A stretch of 32,000 nucleotides of DNA, from the NCBI GenBank assembly GCA_054660715.1, contig BAAGDD010003710.1, positions 87,001-119,000 of the forward strand, read 5' to 3'. Origin of the DNA: Chrysotila carterae (taxonomy: Eukaryota). The notes under the pieces are model-generated. The model was not told the DNA's origin. It worked only from the letters and a program-made list of their open reading frames with translations, and did not search any database. Below, piece after piece: positions 8,429-20,400 of this stretch. The translations under genes were made by a program, and so were the position numbers. Every line of letters starts with the position of its first letter. Position 1 is the stretch's first letter.

Positions 8429-11400
8429 TTACGAAATGAATGCCTTGATGGCAGCTGCGACAGCTTGGTGGCCATCCCTGAGGAATGTGAAGTGATTTCC
8501 TGGCACGATAACGTGCGTAACCTGGCTGATTAGATTGCGTACCAAATCAACAGTCCCGTTGACCAAAGTTGCGCTCAACTCGCCAGAGACGTAAAGAACT
8601 GGTACCTGCAGCACTGGTGTAGGCGGCACGGTTTCATAGTCGGGCAATTCAAGCAAAGTGCACGCGGTAGCAACTGCTGAGGCGCCAGTGTTGATGACAA
8701 TCCCAAGAAGCCCCTGTAGATCGTCAAGGCTTGCAATGTCGAAAGAAGTCATACTCCCAGCAGGGGAATCCATGCCAAAGTGCCTGCTGCCAGCAGTCTG
8801 CCCTCTCATAATGCTTACAGCAACCTTGTCGAGCCCTCCCATGCGAGGTAGATGTGGAAGATCCGGCCCAATCGGGCCATCCAATAAGATGAGCTTTACG
8901 CGCCGGCCTTCCTCATGCAACAAGGAAGCCATCCGATACGCGATACGACAGCCAAAGGAATACGCGATGAGTTGAACTGGCCCTCTGGAGCGTGACATGC
9001 TCATGACCTGTCGCAAGTATCGCGTAGCCAGCTCGGTAACACAGGTGCAATCGCTCAGATAGTAGTCTGAGCATTGTATACCAATGCAAGGTGCCTCAAG
9101 ATCTTGGGCTAGCCGTTCAAGTCCCCAAAGCATGCCGGTAAAGTCATGGATCATGTAAGTCAAATCTGATTCCGTCGCGAGCCCTTGCCTTGAGAGCCAG
9201 GAAAATCCGGGAGGAAGGTCAGGAAGAAAACTGTACCCCAACAAAGAGCCCAACAGAAGTGTCTGAAGCTGAAGAGGTTGCGGCAGCACAACTTCTGTCC
9301 ACTTCGCGGCCAAAGTTGGATCAATACTTTTATGACGAAGGAGCTTGGGATCTGTCGTGGCGAACTGTTTTGCAGGCTGAAAACTCGTGGTGGCTTGAGT
9401 TGAATATGGCTCTGACATGCCGTGCTCCCATTGTAACTGCAAAAGTTGTTCGCAAATTTTCCTTGTTTCCTGTTTGGGATCGCAAACCAAGTCCTCGTAC
9501 CTGCAAACCAGGACAGCAAAATTCAAATTGCTATGAGGCTGCCTGTCCGCATAAGAGATTCCTGGCCAGCGCTACTCCTCACTCACAGGCAACAGCTAAT
9601 CCAGTGAGTAATCTTGCATGTTAAACGCTGAGTACTGAACACAATGGGTGCATTCACAAACGGCAAATCAGCTAGCATGTCGAGTTTCTATGTTGTTGCT
9701 AGGCTTACCTCAGAGTCAAGTGAGTACCTTGTTGACAAGCGCTGACAAAGCGGCTCGCACATAAATTGGCGTTTGTCCATTGATTTTCAGCCGAACTCCA
9801 AGTGACTGCAAGGTTGCCCAATATATCTCTTTGCAGCTGCAGACCCGAATCGATCGCTGCGTATGGATGACGAATCAAATGGATGTATCGCGGAGACACA
9901 AACAGTTCTCTTGAACGCTGCAGGAACTGAGGATGATCGGTGTTTGCTGGAGTCTTATCGACCAAAACCCTGGGTCGAGACAAATCGAGCAGATTTTGGT
10001 AGACCGTTGCGGTATACCACGGGGCCTCGAGTTCCGCAAGAAATTGTTCTGCTTCATCCAACGAGCACGCGCGCAACTCCATGAGTGTTTTCAGCAGCCC
10101 CTCTGTGTACTGCGAGTTGCCTAACATCGATGCCCTTTCTGGTAAGGTGTCAAACATCAGCAAGAAAAGCTCTTGACCTGCATAAACTGAATGGTGAGCA
10201 TTTAAGCAGAGCTGTAGCAAAGACGAACCAGACCTGATTGAGCTAAGAATGAAAAGCATACTGCCTTCAAGGCGAGAAGAGACAGGTTTAGCTTTACCAG
10301 CTGCCACTGAGGTAGAGTTGAAATCAAAGATTTGGGCTTCCTCCGAAGGCGAAACTGTCCGCGCGCCCCCAGTTGTCAACTGCGCGTAAAGAAACTTCGA
10401 AAGCAACTTGGTAGTCGGATATTCCATAGTAATTGTTGGTGCAAGCGGAAGCCCAGTGAGTTTTCGGAGTCGACTTGAAAGTTCTGTTGCTGCCAAGGAG
10501 TCGATGCCAGAATCAAAAAAGGTTTGGTCTGCGGAAGGCGACTCCGCGACTGTGCCCGAAAGCTCTGCAAGTGTTCGCAAAATTTCAGCTTCGATGAAGT
10601 GAAGACGCTTACGCGTTGGCAAAGTTGTCAACGCAGCGGCCATGTCCGAATCCAAGGTCGTATTGCTTGAAGTCAGCAACTGAGAGGAGCGTTGCCCAGA
10701 CCGGCCGCTGAATTCCGCCAATTCCCACGTTTCAGCCAGCACAATCCGCTGCTCAAATGCGCGGCTCAAGGGTGCGCGAACTGCTCTCGGTCTGCTTGCA
10801 GCCAGTGCAGGCGCAAGCGTGGCCCACAGTGCCTGGGCAAAGTGGTCCAAGCTGATCGCACCACCAGCTTCAAGCTGCTTAGCATCAAAGGTCGCAGCGC
10901 CCATCCCCGCACCAGCAACAGCAGGTATGCCTATGCTTGCTCCGACAATACCGTGTGCGCAGCGAGTTTCGGCAAGCGAGTCCAAGCAGCTGTTGGCGGC
11001 AGCATAGCTGGCCTGGCCGACGTTGCCCAAGAGTGAAGCAATGCTCGAGAAAAGTACGAGTGACTCCAACGGCCTGTGCGCAAGTGAGTGGTGCAGGCAC
11101 GACGCGCCTGCTGCCTTGGGGAAGAAGACCGCGCGTAGGTCTGCTGCGCTCACGGAGCGGAGCAGCTTGTCCCGCAGCACTCCAGCTGCATGCAGCACGC
11201 ATACTAGGTCTCTACCGGCTGCAAGCAAGAGAGAACGAGTATCCTCGCGGTCACCCAGATGAGTCGGGATCAGCTGGACACGCACTTGTGGTAGCTTGAG
11301 CAAGGCGTCGAGTTGAGGCTGCAGCCCCTGTCCGTCTCGAGTGATCTGCACGCTACGCGAGCTCAGAATCACCGTGGCCGCCCCGAGCTCTGACAACAGC

Positions 11401-14400
11401 GAAGCCGCTCGAAGTCCAAGCCCCCCTAGGCCGCCCGTCAGCACGAAGGTCGACTTGTATGCCGCAAGCACCGCTGGTTCGTGACTTGACGCGCTGGGCG
11501 TACTCACCGGACAGCGCCTCAACCGCATCACGCGCACTCGTGCCGCAGCGTTCATCGACAACTCAGCCTCTCTCGTGTCTTGAGACGGTGAGGACGCGGA
11601 CATCATGCCCACCTGGCGCGAAGCTGCAAGCACTGCCTCAATGTCGGCGCCGCGAGGTGCATCGGCCGTCAGTACACGCAACGCTGGATACTCCAGCCGA
11701 AGCACGCGCGACATGCCCCAAAGACCACCGTGCGAGGCGCCAGAAGCTGCGCCAGGCACATCCAAGGCTGTGTAGTGTGCTGAACGCATCAGGAGCAGCA
11801 TGCATATTGGCTGCTGCGTCGAGCCCATGAATGCCCTCGACAAGAGCACAGCGTAATGCAGAGAAGCCAGCGCGAAGTGAAGGGACGGAGCCTCTTCGTG
11901 CAGGAACGACAGTGCGCAGCACGCATCGCGATGCAGGTGCTGCGCGCCCATCGACGGCTTGGCAAGACGAGACGCCTGTGCAAAGCTAGGTTGGATGACG
12001 AGCCACGAAACTGATGATCCCTGCGTGGAGCGCAGGCGGGCGATGCCCACCCAGCTGGTCGAATAACTTCCAACATGAGGTGGCGCAAGGTCCGAAGAAG
12101 CGTCCGATGCACCTACCGACCACGAGAAGCGGTGTCGCCTGTACCGCAGCTGGCGCGATTCGGAAAGTCTTGCCGATCCTCCAGAGAAGTTCGAGGGAGC
12201 TCTAAATACCAAATGAGCAATGGTTCCACTGTAACCAAACGAGCTGAGGCCACACACGTCCATAGCACCATCGGCCTGAGTGGTCTGGGTGGGAAGCAGG
12301 AAGGCCGCGGCCGCCTTTCCAAACCTCTCGCCAATGAGCTCGTTGAGCTCTCGCAGCTGTGAGTTTGGCGAGCACAGACGATTCGCGAGCTGCGACTGCA
12401 CCCTCAGCAACCCAACCTGCCCCGACGCTGCCTCAGCGTGGCCAACGTTCGCCTTGCACGCACCGACCGACAGTGCAAACGCGCGCGCGCGCGCGCCGTA
12501 GACTGCTTGCATCGATCCTGCCTCGGTCGGATCTCCAAGCGCCGTGCCGGTGCCGTGCGCCTCGATGCTCGCCACCTGCTCAGCCGCCAGCGCGGCACGA
12601 CCGAGCGCTGCGAGCAGCAGCGTGCGCTGTGCCGAGCCATTGGGCGCTGTGAGACTAGCAGAGCGGCCGTCCTGCCGCACCGCACTGCCGCAGAGCTGCA
12701 GCGCGGCCGGAGCGCTCGCAAGGAGCGTTGCGGCGCCGACGGCCTCAGACCGCACGTAGCCGTTCGCGCGCGCATCCAGCGTCTTGCAGCGACCATCGAC
12801 AGACAGCATGCCGGCAGCAGCAGCGCCGAGCGTCGACTGCGGAGACAGCTTGAGGCTCACCGCCAGCGCCAATGCCTTGCCGCACTCGTCGCCACTGACT
12901 GCAAGTGACGCGGCGTGCAGCGCCACAAGTGCAGATGCGCACGCCGTGTCGATGCTCGCACACGGCCCGTGCAGCCCAAGGGCGAACGACAGCCGACCAG
13001 CCGCAACAGACACATTGTCGCCCGTCACTGCGTACACTGAGCTACGAGCCGCGGCCGACTGCACCTGCGCCCAGTCGGGCCGCTCGATACCGAGGAAGAC
13101 GCCCGCGTCGCCTCCGCTCAGCACGGCGCGTCGTTGCCCGGCGCCATGGAGCGCTTCATACCCGACCTCCAGCAAAAGGCGCTGCTGAGGATCGATCGCA
13201 GCCGCCTCAGCAGGAGACACACCAAACGCGCCGTTGTCAAACCACTGCGCACCGTCCACGAAGCCGCCGTGACGCACGCACAACGCCTGCGTCTCGCTCA
13301 GAGTGTGCACGTCGACCAGCGTCTCCAGTCTCCAGCGAGATGACGGCACACCGCTGACCGCGTCGCCCGAGGCGCACAACAGCAGCCAGCGTGGAACAGA
13401 ACGCGCGCAGCCGCCCGGCCAGCGGCCCGACACACCCGTCACCGATGGCACGCGCGAACCGTCGGGCAGCGCGCGTACGGCCACCGCTGCAGGCGCCGGC
13501 TGCTCGCTGGCCGCCGAGACAAGCTCCAGCAAGTGCAGCGCGATCGCGCGTGCCGTAGGGTACTCGAAAATGAGCGTCGGCGAGAGCGGCGCACCCGTGA
13601 GAGAGCGGAGCCGCGACGAGAACTCTGTGGCTGCGAGAGAATCGATCCCCGCTTGCATCAGTGGCGTCTCGGCGCTGATGGGCTCCGACTGCGCGCCCGC
13701 AAGATCGCTAAGCGTGCTTACCACCATGGCCTCAACTCGGCTCTGGTGCTGTGCACGTGGAACCGACTCCAACGTTTGCTCTAAAGCTGTGCGCGTCTTG
13801 CGCTCTGGCACGGTGGTCGCTAGTCTTTGGCTTCCATCATCCCGCTCAAAGTCGGCCACAGCACTGATTGCAGCCAGCCCAAGCCGCTGCTCAAATGCGC
13901 GGCTCAAGGGTGCGCGAACTGCTCTCGGTCTGCTTGCAGCCAGTGCAGGCGCAAGCGTGGCCCACAGTGCCTGGGCAAAGTGGTCCAAGCTGATCGCACC
14001 ACCAGCTTCAAGCTGCTTAGCATCAAAGGTCGCAGCGCCCATCCCCGCACCAGCAACAGCAGGTATGCCTATGCTTGCTCCGACAATACCGTGTGCGCAG
14101 CGAGTTTCGGCAAGCGAGTCCAAGCAGCTGTTGGCGGCAGCATAGCTGGCCTGGCCGACGTTGCCCAAGAGTGAGGCAATGCTCGAGAAAAGTACGAGTG
14201 ACTCCAACGGCCTGTGCGCAAGTGAGTGGTGCAGGCACGACGCGCCTGCTGCCTTGGGGAAGGAGACCGCGCGTAGGTCTGCTGCGCTCACGGAGCGGAG
14301 CAGCTTGTCCCGCAGCACTCCAGCTGCATGCAGCACGCATACTAGGTCTCTACCGGCTGCAAGCAAGAGAGAACGAGTATCCTCGCGGTCACCCAGATGA

Positions 14401-17400
14401 GTCGGGATCAGCTGGACACGCACTTGTGGTAGCTTGAGCAAGGCGTCGAGTTGAGGCTGCAGCCCCTGTCCGTCTCGAGTGATCTGCACGCTACGCGAGC
14501 TCAGAATCACCGTGGCCGCCCCGAGCTCTGACAACAGCGAAGCCGCTCGAAGTCCAAGCCCCCCTAGGCCGCCCGTCAGCACGAAGGTCGACTTGTACGC
14601 CGCAAGCACCGCTGGCTCGTGACTTGACGCGCTGGGCGTACTCACCGGACAGCGCCTCAACCGCATCACGCGCACTCGTGCCGCAGCGTTCATCGACAAC
14701 TCAGCCTCTCTCGTGTCTTGAGACGGTGAGGACGCGGACATCATGCCCACCTGGCGCGAAGCTGCAAGCACTGCCTCAATGTCGGCGCCGCGAGGTGCAT
14801 CGGCCGTCAGTACACGCAACGCTGGATACTCCAGCCGAAGCACGCGCGACATGCCCCAAAGACCACCGTGCGAGGCGCCAGAAGCTGCGCCAGGCACATC
14901 CAAGCCTGTGTAGTGTGCTGAACGCGTCAGGAGCAGCATGCATATTGGCTGCTGCGTCGAACCCATGAATGCCCTCGTCAAGAGCACAGCGTAATGCAGA
15001 GAAGCCAGCGCGAAGTGAAGGGACGGAGCCTCTTCGTGCAGGAATGACAGTGCGCAGCACGCATCGCGATGCAGGTGCTGCGCGCCCATCGACGGCTTGG
15101 CAAGACGAGACGCCTGTGCAAAGCTAGGTTGGATGACGAGCCACGAAACTGATGATCCCTGCGTAGAGCGCAGACGGGCGATGCCCACCCAACTGGTCGA
15201 ATAAATTCCAACACGATGTGGCGCAAGGTCTGAAGAAGCATCCGATGCACCTACCGACCACGAGAAGCGGCGTCGCCTGTACAGCAGCTTACGCGGCTTC
15301 GGGTCTACTGTCTGAACTCCATACGAGTTGACCAAGGGTCTCAGCAGGGTATGTGCAATGGTACCACTGTACCCGAGGGAACTCACGCCTGCCGAGCGCA
15401 TAGTATCGTGGCAGATGAAGCGAGAGGCCATCGAAGCACATTGAGACGCAAAGTGGCCTCGGACGGACAAAGCTTCCACTGCGAGAACATGTGGGTTCAC
15501 AACTCGAAGCTGTGCGTTTGGCACGATGCTGTCTGTCATCGCTATCACTATACCAAGCTTATGCAAGCCAATCATTCCCGCTGCTGGCTCTGCATGCCCC
15601 ATGTTTGCTTTCACACCCCCAATCTGCAGAACATCAAGGTCCGACTGTCGTGATTGGAGCAAGGCCTTGGCGATAGCTCCCGTCTCAATCGGATCCCCGA
15701 GAGGAGTGCCCGTTCCATGCGCCTCAAGAATCTCAATGCTATCCGCCGACACTGCTGCGCTGCGGCACGCTGCGTGTAGCAGAAGCTGCTGTGCCTGGCC
15801 ACTTGGTGCGGTCAAGCTTGCGCTGCGTCCGTCTTGTCGAACAGCATCCGCGAGCAGCAGCACTGACTCGGGCTTGGAATGCTCCTCACGCGACAGCACC
15901 GCTGGACAAATGGCTTCGCTTCGAGCATAGCCATCTGCACGAGCGTCGAACGTGAATGATTTGCCGCTCGGCGATGTCATACCAGCAATACCGACGGCAG
16001 CTGCATTTGCCGGACTGAAGATCATGTTAACTCCGGCAACCAGCGCGCTGCGGCATTCACCAAACGCAACGTGCTGCCGCGCGCCAGAACAGGCCACGAG
16101 ACCGCTTGAGCAGGCCGTATCGTACGAGATGCAGGGCCCCTGCAGCCCAAGCACAAATGACAACCGACCGACGACAACCGAGCACGTGCTTGCGGTTGCT
16201 GCGTAGACACTCTTGCCAGCAGGAGTGCGAGAGAGCACATCTGTGTACTCACACGCCCACACGCCAACAAAGACGCCGACACCCGAACCAAGCAAGCTCG
16301 GCTTCCGCTCCCCGTGGTGACGCAGCGCAGCGTAGCCCGTCTCGAGGAGGAGACGCTGCTGCGGATCCATGACTGTAGCCTCAGCAGATGAGATGGCGAA
16401 GAAACCAGAGTCGAAGAGTTCGGCGTCGCAAAGGAATCCGCCATACTGCATGGCGGCCACTGGCACAACAGAGGGGGTTTCCCAGCGCGAAGCTGGTACC
16501 TGACCCACCAGATCTGCGCCATGCAACACAGCCGACAGCATTTGGTCCGTCGCTGAGCCACAGTGCGGTAGGCGCGCCCGCAGAGGACTGAGCGTGGCCT
16601 GCATCTGGTTGTCGCCTTGACGTGCCACGTCTAGGACGCGCGATGCCGTAGCGCTCTCTTCTTCAGCGCTTAACATCGAGGCCAGTTGTCGAGCGGTTGG
16701 GAAGTCGAAGATGAGAGTGCTTGGCAGCTTGACACTCTCTCCGGCAGCACGTTGCAGGCTGTTCCGTAGCTCCACTGCCCCCAGAGAATCGAGACCTGCA
16801 TCAAGCAGGGGTGCGTCGGCGTCCACTGCCGTTCCCGCAGTGCGGCGGACGAGCTCGAGCACAGCGTCGAGAGACACACCGGCCGTAACTGCACCCGTCG
16901 CACCAAGCTGTTTTGGCACCGGTGCATTCTGCGCGTGAAGCCCCCGCCCAACAACCTGCAGGAACGGAGGCACATCATGCACTGCGCTCAGAATGCGGCC
17001 CCAAGCTGCAGGTACTACTCCCACCACAGACGGGTGGCTCGAATGCACGACTGCTCGCATCGCAAGGAGCCCCTGCAGCGTAGAGATTTGGCCCAGCCCT
17101 GATGTGGCAGACAGCTGCGCTGTCCTCTTGGCCGCAGCGCCTCTGGTGGCCATTCCAATCTCGGACCATGCAGCCCACTGGATGCTGGTAGATGCGAGGC
17201 CTCCTTCACGCCGAAGAGTAGAAACGGCATCCAGAGCGGCATTTGCGGCGCTGTAATTGGCCTGTCCGGCACCGCCAAGCAGCGCTGAAACAGACGAGAA
17301 GAGCACACACGCGCGCAGTTGCAACTGGCTGCCCGCACCGTGCAGCAGCAATGCGCCTTGCTCCTTCGGTGCGCTCACATCTCGCAAGACCCGCGAGCTC

Positions 17401-20400
17401 TGATTCAATAGAAGACTGTCAGCAGTGACTCCAGCCGCATGCCATATTCCTCGTATTGGTGGCAGCTCGTGTTGCATCGCGCATAGGCGCTGATGAACAC
17501 AGCTTGCTTCCGACATGTCGAACGATTGCACAAGCACTGTGCTCTCGGCACGCCGAGCACCCAGCCACTCGTCGGCACGCATCTGAGGCGCTGCAGCCCC
17601 TCGCGAGCCAAGGACCAAGCAAGCGGCCCCTTGCCCTGCGAGCCAACCAGCTGTAAGCAAGCCGAGACCGCGCGTGCCTCCAGACACAAAGTGTGTGCCA
17701 TCGTGCAAAACAGGTGCAGCGCTGTGAGCTACGACGTGCAGAAGCGGCACCAGACGGGCTACGCGTGGCCCTGAATGGTGCAGCAGAAGTTCAGGCTCAC
17801 TAGAAGCTTCCATGACGGACGCCAGCGACGAGACAACTTGAGCAGCAGAGAAGGACTGGTGGCCTTGGAGATCAACGCAGACCAATGGCAGCTGTGCCTC
17901 TGCGCGCGCCGAGCGCGCAAAGCCCCACAGGCCTCCGTGCGTCGGATCCGACGCGCACGAGCCAGCAGTCTGCTGCACTCCGCGGCACAAGAGCCACACG
18001 GCAGGCGGGCTTGGCGTGAGTGCCTGGCGTTGCACTAAGGCGAGCACGCTGCTGAGGACCGAGAGCGAGCTCGCACGCGCTCGACACAGACCGGACGCAA
18101 CGCCTACCGCCGTCCAGCTGCCGAGAGCGGCGGGCATCATGGACCGTCGAGCGCCCGCATCGACGCCGCCACCTGCTGCTCCCACATGGCTTCGCGAGGT
18201 GCAGCCGAGCAGCAGCACGCAGGCCGCGGCTGACATCTCCGGGACGAAAGTCGAAGGTCTCCAGTCAGTGGCGTACAGGTGCTCGACGACCGCCGCGGCG
18301 CTCTTGAGACTGCGCACCTTGAAGCCGGAAAGCTGCGCACCAGACGAGCCTCGAAGACCGCCGAGCCGCACCGACATCGCGTCGGCGCCGGTCGCTGCGA
18401 CCACCTGCGTGCGCACATCCGCACACGCCATCCGCGTTATTCGCAAAGACACCGACACAAGAAGTAGCGCTCCATCGACATGCTATTCACATGCATGCTG
18501 CAAGCAACGCGAGGGGCGTCACGGGCGCACCGTCCACAGCTCTCCAGCAGCATCACCAAGCACTGCAGTGTCGACCGCAAACGGCAAGCGCGTCTCGCTG
18601 CTGCCATCGCCGGCTCGGCCTGCACTGCTGCGGCTCATCGCAAGCATCGTCAGCTGCAGTGCGCCATCGAGGTCCGCAGGGTGCACGCAGGTACCTTCGC
18701 GACGTGCGCGCGGTCGCAGTCTCGCGACTGCGGAGCCCGCAGAGCTGCGAGCAGCCCACAACTGCGTCAGCACCTGGAACGCCTGTCCGTACTCGAGACC
18801 GAGGGAGTGGAACGCGGCGTACACGACACGCGGCGCGACCGCGTGCGCGCCTCGACAGGCACGCGACCAACCGCTCAGTGGACACACACTCAGTGCGTCT
18901 GCACGTGCCGCCGCCATGGTGCCAGTGCAATGGACGGTGGCTTTGGAGAGCGCATCTGCCTCAAGGACGCCGCTGCGCAGCTCAAATCGGCCGTCGACCG
19001 CTTCGCACTCAAGGTACTTGCCATCGGAAACCACAAAGGGCTGCAGGAAGAACACGCCACTGAGACTCGCTCTGGCGCTGCCGTCGCCAAAAGGCGACCT
19101 CGCGTCTGTGCTCTGGCCGGCAGAGTACAGCGCACGCGCCGTTTCCAAGTAGCCTGCGCCGGGGAAGACCACCTGGCCCGACACCACGTGGTCCTGAACC
19201 AGCGAAAACAGCTGACCGGCGCATGCGGATCGATACACGACGGACGTGCTCGCAAGAAAGCCAGTTGCAGTGGACTGAAGGAATGGGCTCGAATCCTGAC
19301 GCCATGCTAACCGTCTGAAAGACATCCAGCGCTTATGAGCTCCTTCAGTTTCTTCAAATTTACAAATGCCAATAGCTTGTTCGATACGAAGTACAGCATG
19401 GGCAATAGTCCCACTGTAACCGAAAGAGCTGACGCCAGCCGAAAGATTGACCTCAGCCATCAGCGCTGCCTTGGCAGCAGTAAATGCGTAAGCACCTCCC
19501 GATAAAGACGTCCCTACGTGTTCGTTTAGATTGCGTAGCTGCGCATTTGAAACTGACACTCGACTGCGCATTGATAAGGCTAGCTTGAGAAGCCCTGTGG
19601 CACCTGCAGCTGGCTCAGCATGGCCAATGTTGGCCTTGACGCCGCCGACTGAGAGCGAGGTCCCGGCGGCCATTGCCGCTGCGGGCAGCGCAGATGCCAG
19701 CGAGCCCGCCTCTATAGGATCGCCCAAGGCAGTGCCAGTACCGTGCGCCTCGACGAGGGCAATGGCAGCAGAGCTCACTGATGCATCTGCAATCGCGGCG
19801 AGTAGGACGCCGCGCTGGGCCTGGCCATTTGGAGCTGTCAGACTAGCAGAACGACCATCTTGCCGCACGGCCATGCCCGTCAGCAGCACCGGAGCAGCAG
19901 ACTCCTCGCCGTCAACTCTCATCGCTGGGCACAGCGCGAGCGAGCCGCATGCCTCTGCACGAGCATATCCGTCAGCGCGACTGTCGAATGTGTGAGAGCG
20001 ACCGAGTGCCGAAGTCATTCCCGCCACCGCAAAGCTTGCACCTACTGCCGGCGTCAGCATCAAGTTGACGCCCAAGACGAGGGCCAGAGTACACTCTCTC
20101 AGCTGGAGAGCGCGCAAGCCTGCGTGACAGGCGACGAGCGCCGCTGAGCACGCCGTGTCGTACGAGATGCAGGGACCGTGCAGCCCAAGCACGTACGACA
20201 AACGACCCGACGCGATCGAGTGGCTTGTTCCCGTCGCCGAGTACACGCTGTTTCTGATGGGCAGTGTCGCAAGCACTTCTTCGAAATCCGAGCTGGCGAT
20301 GCCGAGAAAAACACCGGAGAGACTGCCACTAATATCCGCTCTGCGGACGCTCGCCGCATGCAGCGCTGCGTACCCGTGCTCAAGAAGCAGCCGCTGCTGC

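Larger units (their letters stand above)
12218..15270. repeat. Near-identical about 3.05 kb duplicated block (KR5-ACP5-KS6), partner of 24455-27507
   Basis: Constant offset of 12,237 nt between corresponding ORF-track entries (12438/24675, 14776/27013, 14978/27215) and base-for-base matching stretches. Confidence 0.9.

Noticed and set aside
9501-9526. Start of a separate sulfotransferase/thioesterase protein at 9526 (MNFAVLVCRYEDL...)
   Set aside because: The first residues come from the intron polypyrimidine tract and the putative start is TTG; the upstream ORF ends in the matching half of the ST motif.
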